From Bacteroidia bacterium (GTDB lineage: Bacteria; Bacteroidota; Bacteroidia; 2-12-FULL-35-15), in assembly GCA_016786925.1 (NCBI GenBank), contig JAEUTU010000129.1, forward strand, positions 17,792-81,791: a DNA stretch of 64,000 bases. The letters run 5' to 3'. Positions within the stretch are counted from its first letter, which is position 1, and each line of letters begins with the position of its first letter. The translations under genes and the position numbers were made by a program. Under the pieces are notes generated by a model, which was not told where the DNA came from, did not search any database, and saw only the letters and a program-made list of their open reading frames with translations. Below, piece by piece: positions 1 through 9,211 of the stretch.

Positions 1-1823
1 TTGTTCGCTTCTGTATTAAGCGACTGAATAATTTCTGTTCGTAATTTATTCAACACTTCAGCAGGAGAATTAATCGTCTTGTCGCGTACGATCTCATTCA
101 AATATGAAACACCCAGCAAACTCATAAATGCTCCAGGAACACCATGTCCGGTACAATCAGCGGCACAGATCAAAAAATTATCATTCACCATTTGCGCCCA
201 ATAAAAATCGCCACTCACAATATCTTTGGGTTTATAAAAGACAAAGTACTCCGGCAAATGCTTATTTAATAATTTATCGGAAGCAAGCAAGGCTGTCTGA
301 ATTCGTTTTGCATAATAGATACTATCCAGGATTTCTTTATTCTTTTCTTCCACCAAATGATTCTTTGTTTCAATCTCCACATAAGCTTGTTGTAATTCAT
401 TATTAGAGCGTTCTTTTTGCTTATAACCTCTGTAAATGAAAAAAGCTAAAGCTAATACCAAAATAAGAATGAGGACAGATACCGTAATAACAATTTTTTG
501 ACGGTTTATATCCTGCTCTCTCTTTTCCAATTCCAAACGATTGATCAATTTATGATTCTCTAACTCTTTGATCTGAGCTTCCTTTCGTTGAGTATCATAC
601 TTTTTTTCCACCTCCGTTATTTGAGCTGTTATCTCTTCATTGAAAAGCGAATCTTTTAATGCTTCATATTGAGTCCTGAAATCAAGAGCTTTCGCAAACT
701 CCTTTTTTTCTTTATAATAATCGGAAAATCCTAAGTAGATCTGCATCAGATCATCTTTATAATTCGATTTTAAAGCCAAGTCGTATGCTTCATTAAAATG
801 TCTGCCACCTTTTTCAAGCTGACCTAAAAGAACATACGTATCCCCTAAATTAATATTCGCACTAATAAATGCTTTGGTATTATTTGTTTCTTTAGCTACT
901 TTATATACTTTTTCAAAACAAGCGATAGCATCTTTGTAATTACCTTCATTCTTGAATATTAATCCCAAATTATCGTTGGTAGAAACAACACCTTTTGAGT
1001 GATTCAAACGTTCGAATATTTCCATCCCTTTCAAATAATTCTGACGTGCTTGCCTATAATCTTTTAATCGACCATACACCAAACCTAAATTATTGTAGAT
1101 ATAGGCACAATTAAGCTCATCGCCCATGGCACTTCTGATCTCCAGCGCTCTGTTAGCATACACAATTGCTTGCTTATAGTTTTTTTGTTCTTTAAAAATG
1201 ATCACTAAATTATTACAGGCATTGGCAATACCATTCTGATCACCTAGCTCTTCTTTTAATTTCAACGCATTCAACAATGCCTCCGTTGAGAGCTGATAAT
1301 CGCCTGAATTGGCATAAACACTTCCAATGTTCACATAAGCCGCACTTAATCCTTTTTTATCGTTGATACGCTTCGAAATTTCAATTGCTTTTTTGTGGAC
1401 TTCAATTGCCTTCGCAATTTCCCCCATATCTCCATAGGCATTCCCCATGTTTGAGTACATTTTAGATACCCGTGCCTGTTTGTTCTCTTTCAAGAAAACC
1501 TCCAAGGCTTTTTGATAAAAAACGATCGCCTGCGAGCCCATCCCCCATTCATATTTCATGTTACCCATGGAATTATAATACTCTGCTATTCCGTCTGAAT
1601 AATTTATCTTTTTAGCCAATAAGTAGGCATCTGAACCATATCTTTTTGCTTTTAGTGTATCCGAAGCAGCATACTCCCATACGATATCGATCAAGGTTTT
1701 GACTTTAGTTGTATCTTCTTTCATGCCACCTACCACATTTACTAAGGAGTCAACATAGGAAGTTTGTGCATAGCCTATTTGTGTAATAAACAAAACTGCA
1801 AGTACTTTCAGCGTATTTTTCAT
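1..1823 (-). CDS. TPR-repeat membrane sensor with a SpoIIE/PP2C-type serine phosphatase domain. This is the 5' part of the gene; its 3' end lies beyond the window start. An alternative start is at 1835.
   Basis: One uninterrupted minus-strand frame runs from the window start to the ATG at 1823 (an in-frame ATG is also at 1835). It is absent from the ORF track, presumably because it has no stop inside the window. The translation has a signal-like N-terminus (MKNTLKVLAVLFITQIGYAQ), at least 8 TPR-like repeats, a TM helix (ITVSVLILILVLALAFFIY) and then SGDFYWA...AADCTGHGVPGAFMS, which is typical of SpoIIE/PP2C phosphatases. No other ORF of 60 aa or more lies in 407-1918. Confidence 0.7.
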   Translation of the reverse strand, partial: MKNTLKVLAVLFITQIGYAQTSYVDSLVNVVGGMKEDTTKVKTLIDIVWEYAASDTLKAKRYGSDAYLLAKKINYSDGIAEYYNSMGNMKYEWGMGSQAIVFYQKALEVFLKENKQARVSKMYSNMGNAYGDMGEIAKAIEVHKKAIEISKRINDKKGLSAAYVNIGSVYANSGDYQLSTEALLNALKLKEELGDQNGIANACNNLVIIFKEQKNYKQAIVYANRALEIRSAMGDELNCAYIYNNLGLVYGRLKDYRQARQNYLKGMEIFERLNHSKGVVSTNDNLGLIFKNEGNYKDAIACFEKVYKVAKETNNTKAFISANINLGDTYVLLGQLEKGGRHFNEAYDLALKSNYKDDLMQIYLGFSDYYKEKKEFAKALDFRTQYEALKDSLFNEEITAQITEVEKKYDTQRKEAQIKELENHKLINRLELEKREQDINRQKIVITVSVLILILVLALAFFIYRGYKQKERSNNELQQAYVEIETKNHLVEEKNKEILDSIYYAKRIQTALLASDKLLNKHLPEYFVFYKPKDIVSGDFYWAQMVNDNFLICAADCTGHGVPGAFMSLLGVSYLNEIVRDKTINSPAEVLNKLRTEIIQSLNTEAN

Positions 1824-1918
1824 TTTATTTAACATAGCTAACGTGTGTATAATTTTATTCACTAATTTAGATGTAAATTTTCACTAAAACACATCAAAAA
1901 CAATAAAACCTTACTAAA

Positions 1919-2677
1919 ATGAAAAAATACATTTTATCACTTTTATTGATGACCGGGATCATTTCCGCTTCTTTTTCACAAGGCAATGATGGTCTTTATG
2001 AAAAAGCAATGAAATTAAAATCCGAATATAAATACAAAGAAGCCTATCCTTTGTTTCAGGCCTTACTTCAATCTGATTCTAACAATGTAAATTATTTACA
2101 ATATGCCAGCTATTGTTATTCTAAGTTTGGATTTTATCATGTAGCTGCTGAGGCACAAAAGATCAAGCATTATCAAATAGCAGAGTATTTAGCGAAGAAA
2201 GCGATCAAATTGAATGAAAAAAGTGCAGATGCTCATTATGTATATGCCATGGCACTTGGCCGTATCAATGAGAATGCAAGCTCTAAACAAAAAATAGCAA
2301 ATGCCAAACTGATCAAATCGCAAGTGGACAGAGCAATTGAATTGAATCCGAAGCATGCAGGAGCATACCACATTTTGGGCAGATGGCATAGAACAGTAGC
2401 GAATTTTAGCTCTATTGAAAAAGCTATGATCAATTCATTCTTTGGCGGTGTTCCTCCGGGAGGCTCATTTGAAGATGCTGTTAAATCATTTATGACTGCT
2501 ATTACTCTGGAACCTAAATTCATTCTTCATCAATTGGAATTAGCTCAAACCTATTATGATATGGGCAAAAAAGCAGAAGCAAAAGTTTGGGCGAAGAAAG
2601 TTTCTGAAGCAACTCCAACCAACGAAGATGATATTAAAGCGAAAAAAGATGCAGAAGCACTTTTGAAAAAGCTTTAG
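1919..2677 (+). CDS. Secreted TPR-like helical-repeat protein of unknown function
   Basis: ATG start. N-terminal signal peptide (MKKYILSLLLMTGIISASFSQ). Helical repeat motifs (AYHILGRW, ELNPKHAGAY). Lysine-rich C-terminus. Confidence 0.55.
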   Translation: MKKYILSLLLMTGIISASFSQGNDGLYEKAMKLKSEYKYKEAYPLFQALLQSDSNNVNYLQYASYCYSKFGFYHVAAEAQKIKHYQIAEYLAKKAIKLNEKSADAHYVYAMALGRINENASSKQKIANAKLIKSQVDRAIELNPKHAGAYHILGRWHRTVANFSSIEKAMINSFFGGVPPGGSFEDAVKSFMTAITLEPKFILHQLELAQTYYDMGKKAEAKVWAKKVSEATPTNEDDIKAKKDAEALLKKL

Positions 2678-2689
2678 TAAAATGAATGT

Positions 2690-3832
2690 ATGAGTAAAAA
2701 GATCACGATCGTAAACAGGCATTACCCTCCTAATATTAATATTACCGGTGAAAATGCTTGGGATCTCGCTAATTATTTAATAAATAAACATGGAATTGAT
2801 GTGTCCATTGTACACATTGACAGACATTATGAAGGCGGAGGAAACCGAAGAGCTCCAGTAGGAAATGTTTATCCTATCAAAACGATCTATCAAGGTAAAA
2901 ACAAGATCCTAAGTTATTTAAGCGGATTTTTGGATGGGTATTGGCTCATAAAAAAAGCCAGAAAGTTAGATCATGGACCTATCATTGTTATGACAAGTCC
3001 TCCCTTGCTTCCCATGTGGGCATCATTGCTATTAGGAAAGAAAAATAGAAACTGGATACTGTGGAGTATGGATCTTTTCCCGGAAGGCTATGCTGCAACA
3101 AATGTGATCGGGTATAATAACCCCATCTACAAATTCATTATCAAACAGACATACAGAAATGCTCCTAAAAAACTGATCGCATTAGGTCCAAAACAGCGCG
3201 ATGTTTTACATAAAAAGTATGCTAAAGAGATTGAGAGTGTTGTTTTACCCTGTGGCGTTTTTGTTGATCAGCATAAAACAAACGAAACACCGGGATGGAA
3301 AGCACATCCTGACAAGATCTATTTAGGATATGCAGGAAATTGCGGCACTCCTCATTCATCAGCATTCATAAAAGCTGTTATTGATGCGATTGATCCTGAG
3401 ACGCAACACATGGTGATTGCTGTATACGGGACAAAAGCAGAAGAAATAAAGGCCTATGCTCAAAACAAAAAAGGGATCACCCTACTGAACTCCATCCCTC
3501 GCAATGAATTGCACCATGTTGACATCCATTTAGTAACACTGTTAGAGACTTGGACACACATTGCTGTTCCATCAAAGGCTGTAAGCAGTGTTTGTTCGGG
3601 TGCTACCATCCTTTTCTGTGGAAGTAAGGAAAGCGACAACTGGCATTTGTTAAGCAGGGCGGGCTGGCTGATCGAAGAGAATGAGCAAATGCAAAACAAG
3701 GTGATCAATACACTTAAAAGCATTACCAAACAAGAAATCGAAACAAGAAAACAGAATGCTCATACCATTTCGGTAGAATTATCGGAACTCATCACAAAAA
3801 GCTATGACACCATTGCTTCCTGGGCGGAATAG
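2690..3832 (+). CDS. Glycosyltransferase, GT4-like (WcaI/WbuB-like N-terminal pattern)
   Basis: The N-terminus VNRHYPPNINITGENAWDLANYL resembles the N-terminal signature of WcaI/WbuB-type GT4 enzymes. Size is 380 aa. It sits in the glycan locus. Confidence 0.5.
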   Translation: MSKKITIVNRHYPPNINITGENAWDLANYLINKHGIDVSIVHIDRHYEGGGNRRAPVGNVYPIKTIYQGKNKILSYLSGFLDGYWLIKKARKLDHGPIIVMTSPPLLPMWASLLLGKKNRNWILWSMDLFPEGYAATNVIGYNNPIYKFIIKQTYRNAPKKLIALGPKQRDVLHKKYAKEIESVVLPCGVFVDQHKTNETPGWKAHPDKIYLGYAGNCGTPHSSAFIKAVIDAIDPETQHMVIAVYGTKAEEIKAYAQNKKGITLLNSIPRNELHHVDIHLVTLLETWTHIAVPSKAVSSVCSGATILFCGSKESDNWHLLSRAGWLIEENEQMQNKVINTLKSITKQEIETRKQNAHTISVELSELITKSYDTIASWAE

Positions 3833-3859
3833 ATATTTTACAAATTAAAACTTTAGTCC

Positions 3860-3867
3860 TATCTTTG
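3860..3867 (+). promoter_or_regulatory. Candidate Bacteroidetes sigma-A -7 box (TATCTTTG = TAnnTTTG), 27 bp upstream of the ATG at 3894
   Basis: Motif read directly in the sequence. No clear -33 TTTG was found. Confidence 0.3.
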
Positions 3868-3893
3868 CACTCTAAATTTCTTAGCCTCTCAAA

Positions 3894-4973
3894 ATGAATA
3901 TTGCTATTGTTACAGGTTCAGGTGGATTGATCGGAAGCGAATCAGTTACTTTTTTCTCTAAAAAATTTGATAAGATCATTGGAATTGACAATGATATGCG
4001 TGCTTACTTTTTTGGGAAAGAAGCGTCCACAAATTGGAATGTCAACCGTATTCAAGAGAGTGTTAGCAATTACGAGCATCATTCTATTGATATCCGTAAT
4101 TATTCCGAATTAGAAAAGATCTTTAACCAGTATGGAAACGACATTAAGTTGGTTGTCCACACAGCTGCACAACCTAGTCACGACTGGGCAGCCAAAGAAC
4201 CATTAACTGATTTCGGTGTAAATGCAACAGGAACACTTCACATGTTAGAGTTAACCCGTAAGTATTGTGAAAAAGCTGTTTTTATATTTACATCAACCAA
4301 TAAAGTGTACGGTGACAACCCTAATTTTCTTCCATTAGTAGAAACAGAAACACGTTGGGAGATAGCCGAAAATCATCCTTATTTTAAGAATGGCATTGAT
4401 GAACAAATGAGTTTAGACAATACCAAGCATTCTGTTTTTGGCGCATCTAAAGTTGCTGCCGATGTAATGGCACAAGAATACGGAAGATATTTTGATATGA
4501 ATGTGGGTATATTCAGAGGAGGCTGCCTAACTGGCCCTAATCATAGCGGTGCTCAGCTTCATGGATTTTTATCTTACTTAATGAAATGTACCTTATCCGG
4601 AAATTCTTATACCATATTCGGTTACAAAGGCAAACAAGTAAGAGATAACATTCATAGCTCCGACCTAGTAAACATGTTCTGGCATTTTTATCAGAATCCT
4701 AAACAAGGCGTTGCTTATAATGCCGGTGGTGGACGATTTGCGAATTGCTCTATGCTGGAAGCCATAATACTTTGCGAAAAGATAACCGGAAACAAATTAA
4801 ATTATTCATACAGTGATCAAGCACGTAGTGGCGATCATATCTGGTACATCAGCGATGTATCGAAATTTCAAAAGGATTATCCGGAATGGAAATATGAGTG
4901 GAATCTGGAAAATACATTGATCGACATGTACAACAATATGAGCAAAATGATCAATGTAAAAAATTGCGATTAA
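3894..4973 (+). CDS. NAD-dependent sugar epimerase/dehydratase (SDR family, CDP-paratose/tyvelose 2-epimerase-like)
   Basis: N-terminal Rossmann motif [11 protein letters not shown]. The YxxxK catalytic motif is in [19 protein letters not shown]. Length is 359 aa. Confidence 0.75.
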   Translation: MNIAIVTGSGGLIGSESVTFFSKKFDKIIGIDNDMRAYFFGKEASTNWNVNRIQESVSNYEHHSIDIRNYSELEKIFNQYGNDIKLVVHTAAQPSHDWAAKEPLTDFGVNATGTLHMLELTRKYCEKAVFIFTSTNKVYGDNPNFLPLVETETRWEIAENHPYFKNGIDEQMSLDNTKHSVFGASKVAADVMAQEYGRYFDMNVGIFRGGCLTGPNHSGAQLHGFLSYLMKCTLSGNSYTIFGYKGKQVRDNIHSSDLVNMFWHFYQNPKQGVAYNAGGGRFANCSMLEAIILCEKITGNKLNYSYSDQARSGDHIWYISDVSKFQKDYPEWKYEWNLENTLIDMYNNMSKMINVKNCD

Positions 4974-4996
4974 ACTCTTTCTAAGATCAAACAAAA

Positions 4997-5028
4997 AGCC
5001 CTTTAACAAAAGTTAAAGGGCTTTTTTT
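4997..5028. terminator. Bidirectional rho-independent terminator between the convergent epimerase (+) and FkbM methyltransferase (-) genes
   Basis: The stem is agccctttaac/gttaaagggct (11 bp, perfect) with loop aaaa. T7 follows on the + strand and an A-run precedes it. Confidence 0.7.
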
Positions 5029-5042
5029 GATTATGTATCTAT

Positions 5043-5768
5043 TTATCTGAAGAAAATACCATTGCATTGCAGCATCACTCCCGTTTTATTATCTGTAAAA
5101 GCAGGAGCTATACTTTTTAATTGAAAGCCATGCTGCTTCATAAAATCTAAAACATCCGGCAATAACCAATTCTGTCCTTCATACAATGGAATGATCGAAA
5201 TCTCCATTTCAATCCCTTTTGCCTTGGAAATGATCGACTGTGCACCTTTCAGCACTTCCTGCTCAAAACCTTGCACATCTATTTTTATAAAAATATTTTT
5301 GGCCTTATCAGCATGTTCTTTGGCAATTTGATCCAACGGATACACTTTCACTTTTTCTTTTCCAATGATCTTTGAATCCGGTGCACCTTCATAATGCGAG
5401 TCCAACATGTTTAGCAAAGTACTGCTGACAGAATTTGCTGAAATATTGATCTCAATATCCTGCTCTGAACTTCCGATCGCGCAACGCTCTGCAACCACCC
5501 AATTCGCATAGCTTTTGCTGGCAGCAACGATCTGTTGGTGAACCGCAGAAAGTGGTTCAAAAGAAACGACCTTGCCTGCATAGCCTGCATCCATTATTCC
5601 TCTGGCATATTGTCCGGCATTAGCACCGATATCAAAAACCAGATCAATATTATGATGCTGAAGTAATTTGATCCTTCTTAATTCCTCACTCGTAGCCGCA
5701 TTGTATTTACGGACAAGAATGCCAAATTTTTGGAAGAAATTCTTCGTGATGCGTTCTAAATTCGTCAT
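5043..5768 (-). CDS. FkbM-family SAM-dependent methyltransferase
   Basis: FkbM signature VFDIGANAGQYARG...VVSFEP. Length is 241 aa. Confidence 0.75.
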   Translation of the reverse strand: MTNLERITKNFFQKFGILVRKYNAATSEELRRIKLLQHHNIDLVFDIGANAGQYARGIMDAGYAGKVVSFEPLSAVHQQIVAASKSYANWVVAERCAIGSSEQDIEINISANSVSSTLLNMLDSHYEGAPDSKIIGKEKVKVYPLDQIAKEHADKAKNIFIKIDVQGFEQEVLKGAQSIISKAKGIEMEISIIPLYEGQNWLLPDVLDFMKQHGFQLKSIAPAFTDNKTGVMLQCNGIFFR

Positions 5769-5771
5769 TCT

Positions 5772-6473
5772 CTATGCTTTTTCATTTACAACACGAATGA
5801 TATCATCCGCAACAGTTACTGAATAATCCGGATTGATCTTTTTCACATAATTCGTCAATTCCGGTATGGTAGGATAATCATGCTTCCCCACAAATAAACG
5901 CGCATCATCTATGAGCATCGCATGATTTTTATTATGCTTAAATACTGCATCTATTTCGGCATAGATAGGGCACTCTATTTCACTTAAAGCGGTTGATCCG
6001 CCACAATAATGACCATCCAACCAGAATAAAGTTGTTTTATCTAGTGTAGGAGCTAGTTCTGGAAGCACTTTACCGCTATCTCCTTGCAGAAGATTAATAT
6101 GTGTATCATTCTTAAAACGCTTTTTGGCAGCTTCCCAGAACTCCACACTTAATTCTATAGAATAAAGCTTTTCAAAATTCTTCTTCTGTGCTTCCATCAT
6201 ATCGCCTCTGAATGTTCCTGTTTCAACCAAATAGCTACAGTTGTATTTCTTGCCAAATTCAGCAATGATCTGCTGTTTGATCTTGTGAGGACGAGGAACA
6301 GGCTGTTTATGAATATGCCAGTTCAATACAATAAAATCGATCTCTTTATCATCAATAAGTCCTTTCTTCACCCATTCGGCTACCATTGGATCTTTTTTCC
6401 ACTTATTTCTCAAATAAGGAATAACAAACTTCTTAGCCAGATTAACGATCGGACGTGGTAAATTACTTTTCAT
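5772..6473 (-). CDS. Class I SAM-dependent methyltransferase, TylF/MycF-like (sugar O-methyltransferase type)
   Basis: YLVETGTFRGDMM and LDGH resemble the macrocin-O-MT family motifs (LVECGVYKG / LDGD). The longest ORF in the track starts at a TTG (6506). The first ATG (MKSNLPRP) is at 6473, with a TAnnTTTG box 22 bp upstream. Confidence 0.5.
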   Translation of the reverse strand: MKSNLPRPIVNLAKKFVIPYLRNKWKKDPMVAEWVKKGLIDDKEIDFIVLNWHIHKQPVPRPHKIKQQIIAEFGKKYNCSYLVETGTFRGDMMEAQKKNFEKLYSIELSVEFWEAAKKRFKNDTHINLLQGDSGKVLPELAPTLDKTTLFWLDGHYCGGSTALSEIECPIYAEIDAVFKHNKNHAMLIDDARLFVGKHDYPTIPELTNYVKKINPDYSVTVADDIIRVVNEKA

Positions 6474-6494
6474 TCTATCAAATATTAGAAGGAC

Positions 6495-6502
6495 CAAAAA
6501 TA
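6495..6502 (-). promoter_or_regulatory. Candidate -7 box (TATTTTTG on the minus strand), 22 bp upstream of the ATG at 6473. It lies in the divergent region shared with the CstII-like gene.
   Basis: The plus strand reads caaaaata, which is TATTTTTG on the minus strand. Confidence 0.3.
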
Positions 6503-6600
6503 GCAAAAAAAAGCATATTTAGTCCTTTATTCAGCACAAAAGACCCACTCTGAATACAGAAATAAACTTAGTTTAATTACATTTGTAGCCGAACAGATAC

Positions 6601-7473
6601 ATGGCCTCAGAAACAACATACAAGAATTTTTCGAAAACGATCCTTCAAGGAATAAATACTTGTTTGTCGATCATGAAGATCGTTATCAAATCGAAGTTCA
6701 AGAATAAACTGCCTCATGCAGCTTCAAACACTTGTTATGTGCTGGCCAATGGACCTTCTTTGAAGCAATCACTGGAAAAGCATTATGAGAAAATAAGTAA
6801 GAGTGAACTTATTTGTGTGAACACCTTTTCGATCACCAATGAGTATAGACAACTCAAACCGAAATACTATGTAATGATCGATCCATTCTTCTGGAATGGG
6901 AAAACGGAAGTTGTAATAAACACGTTGAAGGCGATCACAGAAAAAACAGATTGGCCAATGTATTTACTTGTTCCACAAGCTGCAACAAAGTCTGTAGCAT
7001 TTCAAAACATAGTTGCCAAAAACAAGAATGTGATCCTGACTCCATTCAATTATACCGTTTTTAAAGGATATGAAAAGGCTGCATTCTGGTTTTACAGAAA
7101 GAATTTGGCCATGCCTCAAAGTCTGAATGTGGCTATAACGGCACTTTTTCTCTCTATTAATTTAGGATTCAAGGAAGTTTACTTATTAGGAGCTGATCAT
7201 ACCTGGCATGAAAATTTGCACATGAGTGATGACAATGTGCTACACACCAAGGTAACACACTTTTATGAGAATGATCAAGAGATCAAATACATTCCATTCC
7301 TGAAAGCCGGAAACCCGAATGTAACCCAAAAAGCGCATGAATTTTTTGATATCTGGAGCAGAACATTCAGCGCTTATATGATATTAGAACGCTATTCTAA
7401 ATTCCATCATTGCAAGATCTACAATGCAAGTGAAGTATCTTTCATTGATGCATTTACAAGAAAAAAGCTTTAA
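6601..7473 (+). CDS. CstII/Cst-I-like (GT42) sialyltransferase-family glycosyltransferase. It is a candidate nonulosonic-acid transferase. DUF115/Maf-like is the alternative family.
   Basis: CYVLANGPSLKQ and LNVAITALFLSINLGFKEVYLLGADHTW match, from memory, the Campylobacter CstII motifs IIAGNGPSLKE and ITSGVYMCAVAIALGYKEIYLSGIDFY. An alternative start is at 6673 (MKIVIK), which would give a CstII-like N-terminus directly before NGPSL. Confidence 0.55.
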   Translation: MASETTYKNFSKTILQGINTCLSIMKIVIKSKFKNKLPHAASNTCYVLANGPSLKQSLEKHYEKISKSELICVNTFSITNEYRQLKPKYYVMIDPFFWNGKTEVVINTLKAITEKTDWPMYLLVPQAATKSVAFQNIVAKNKNVILTPFNYTVFKGYEKAAFWFYRKNLAMPQSLNVAITALFLSINLGFKEVYLLGADHTWHENLHMSDDNVLHTKVTHFYENDQEIKYIPFLKAGNPNVTQKAHEFFDIWSRTFSAYMILERYSKFHHCKIYNASEVSFIDAFTRKKL

Positions 7474-8159
7474 TTCTTTTGATCCAATAACAACTCTGCT
7501 AGTTTAAAATCGATCAAATGATCGACATCAACAGATCTGTCGGTAGGCATGATGTAGGCATAGGTACCTGAATGAACAAACCCTTTGTTCTTCATGAACT
7601 CATCAACCGTGGAAACATAAATAGCGCCATTTAAGCGATAATAAACAGGTAATTGCTGCCTATTCTTCCCTTTAACCTCTTCACGGATAAATTCACTCAT
7701 CGAGCCATTTTCCGGCAAAGCATTCGACCATAATGGATGATGTTCATTTTCACAAACAGAGACGATCGCTGCAGCTTTCTTCTGGATCATCAGATCAATA
7801 GCAGCATCAATATCTTTTGAAGTTCTTAGAGGCGATGTAGGCTGCAATACAACGATCAGGTCAAAAACAACCTGTTGTTGTTTGTAATGATCTAATGCAT
7901 GAATGATCACATCTGTTGTAGAGGCTGTATCGGTTGCTAATTCAGCAGGGCGAAGTACAGGAACTTCCGCTCCATGTTGTTTAGCAACATCTGCAATAGC
8001 ATCATCATCAGTACTAACAAAAACAGTTCCCTGGTATTTTGACTTCAATGCAGCGTCAATAGAATAAGCAATCATGGGCTTTCCAGCCAATAGTTTTATA
8101 TTCTTTCCGGGCAAACCTTTGCTTCCACCTCTTGCTGGTATGATGTATAGAATATTCAT
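7470..8159 (-). CDS. neuA: CMP-nonulosonic acid synthetase (acylneuraminate cytidylyltransferase, NeuA/LegF family)
   Basis: N-terminal MNILYIIPARGGSKGLPGKNIKLLAGKPMIAYSIDAA is the classic CMP-NeuAc synthetase signature. 229 aa. Confidence 0.85.
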   Translation of the reverse strand: MNILYIIPARGGSKGLPGKNIKLLAGKPMIAYSIDAALKSKYQGTVFVSTDDDAIADVAKQHGAEVPVLRPAELATDTASTTDVIIHALDHYKQQQVVFDLIVVLQPTSPLRTSKDIDAAIDLMIQKKAAAIVSVCENEHHPLWSNALPENGSMSEFIREEVKGKNRQQLPVYYRLNGAIYVSTVDEFMKNKGFVHSGTYAYIMPTDRSVDVDHLIDFKLAELLLDQKN

Positions 8160-9211
8160 TAGAAATTAATGTGTTTTACATCCTCCTGGGCCTTATAAAA
8201 ATCTTCAATCCTACCAATATCTAACCAATAACTCAATATAGGGTAAGAGATCAATTTCTTATTGTTTTTTATCACTTCTTCCATAAAATGAGTAGCATCA
8301 AATGCAATTCCATCCGGAATAAGATCAATCAATTCCTTTTTAAATAAATAGATCCCTGCGTTTGAATAATATGTATAACGGGGCTTTTCAGAGAAAGACA
8401 ACACTCTGTCATCCTGATCGATCTCCATAACAGCATATGGAACATCCACATGGTAAGGAATCGTAGCTACCTGCATATCTGCTTTTGAGTCGATGAATTT
8501 TTTATAAAAATCATGAAAATCAATGTTCGTCAAAAGATCAGAATTCATCAACAGAACTACATCATTCTTTATGTCCTTTATCAATCGAACTGAACCAATT
8601 GTTCCTAATGGCATTTCTTCCTTTACAAAGTCGATGTTTAGTTCCTCCGTTTTGTGTGCATTTACACCTTCCACGATCTGATCGGCCATGTGGCGAACAG
8701 AGATCGAAAAATCATTTACTCCAAAACCGGCCAATCGTTCGATATTCCGAACAATGATCGGCTTCCCTCCTATTTCAAGCATTGGCTTAGGAGTTGTATC
8801 AGTAAGTGGTTTCAAACGCTCTCCTTTTCCTCCCGCCATCAAAACAGCATTCACAGGAATGATCGATCTCAATTTATCCAGATCTACGATCTTGATGATC
8901 TCTTTCTTTTTATTTAAAACAGGTATAAATCGTATTCCGGCATCTTTGTAGCGACTAATTTTTTCGAAATTATTTTCCCCTTCAACAAAGCACTTACTGT
9001 TTGTATTCATGAAAGAAGTGATGGAATCATCAATTGTTTTCCCATTCAACAAACCTCTACGAATATCACCATCAGTAAGAGATCCTACTAATTGCTGCTG
9101 ATCATTTACCACAAAAACAGCAATATTAGGAATCGCCAGATCATTGATCAACTTAAGTGATGTACGAGCTGTTTCCTTATCTGAAAGAATAAATTTATTT
9201 AGATCGATCAT
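8159..9211 (-). CDS. CBS-domain sugar-phosphate nucleotidyltransferase (PtmE-like, predicted GlcN/GlcNAc-1-P guanylyltransferase of legionaminic acid pathways)
   Basis: N-terminal tandem CBS-like region followed by an NTP-transferase G-loop LMAGGKGERLKPLTDTTPKPML. 1-bp overlaps with both neighbours. Confidence 0.7.
   Translation of the reverse strand: MIDLNKFILSDKETARTSLKLINDLAIPNIAVFVVNDQQQLVGSLTDGDIRRGLLNGKTIDDSITSFMNTNSKCFVEGENNFEKISRYKDAGIRFIPVLNKKKEIIKIVDLDKLRSIIPVNAVLMAGGKGERLKPLTDTTPKPMLEIGGKPIIVRNIERLAGFGVNDFSISVRHMADQIVEGVNAHKTEELNIDFVKEEMPLGTIGSVRLIKDIKNDVVLLMNSDLLTNIDFHDFYKKFIDSKADMQVATIPYHVDVPYAVMEIDQDDRVLSFSEKPRYTYYSNAGIYLFKKELIDLIPDGIAFDATHFMEEVIKNNKKLISYPILSYWLDIGRIEDFYKAQEDVKHINF

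Noticed and set aside
128-406. 92-aa plus-strand ORF
   Set aside because: It lies entirely antisense within the long TPR-phosphatase reading frame. Low-complexity translation with no start context.
8654-8951. Two overlapping 87-aa plus-strand ORFs inside the PtmE-like gene
   Set aside because: Antisense artefacts of the nucleotidyltransferase frame.
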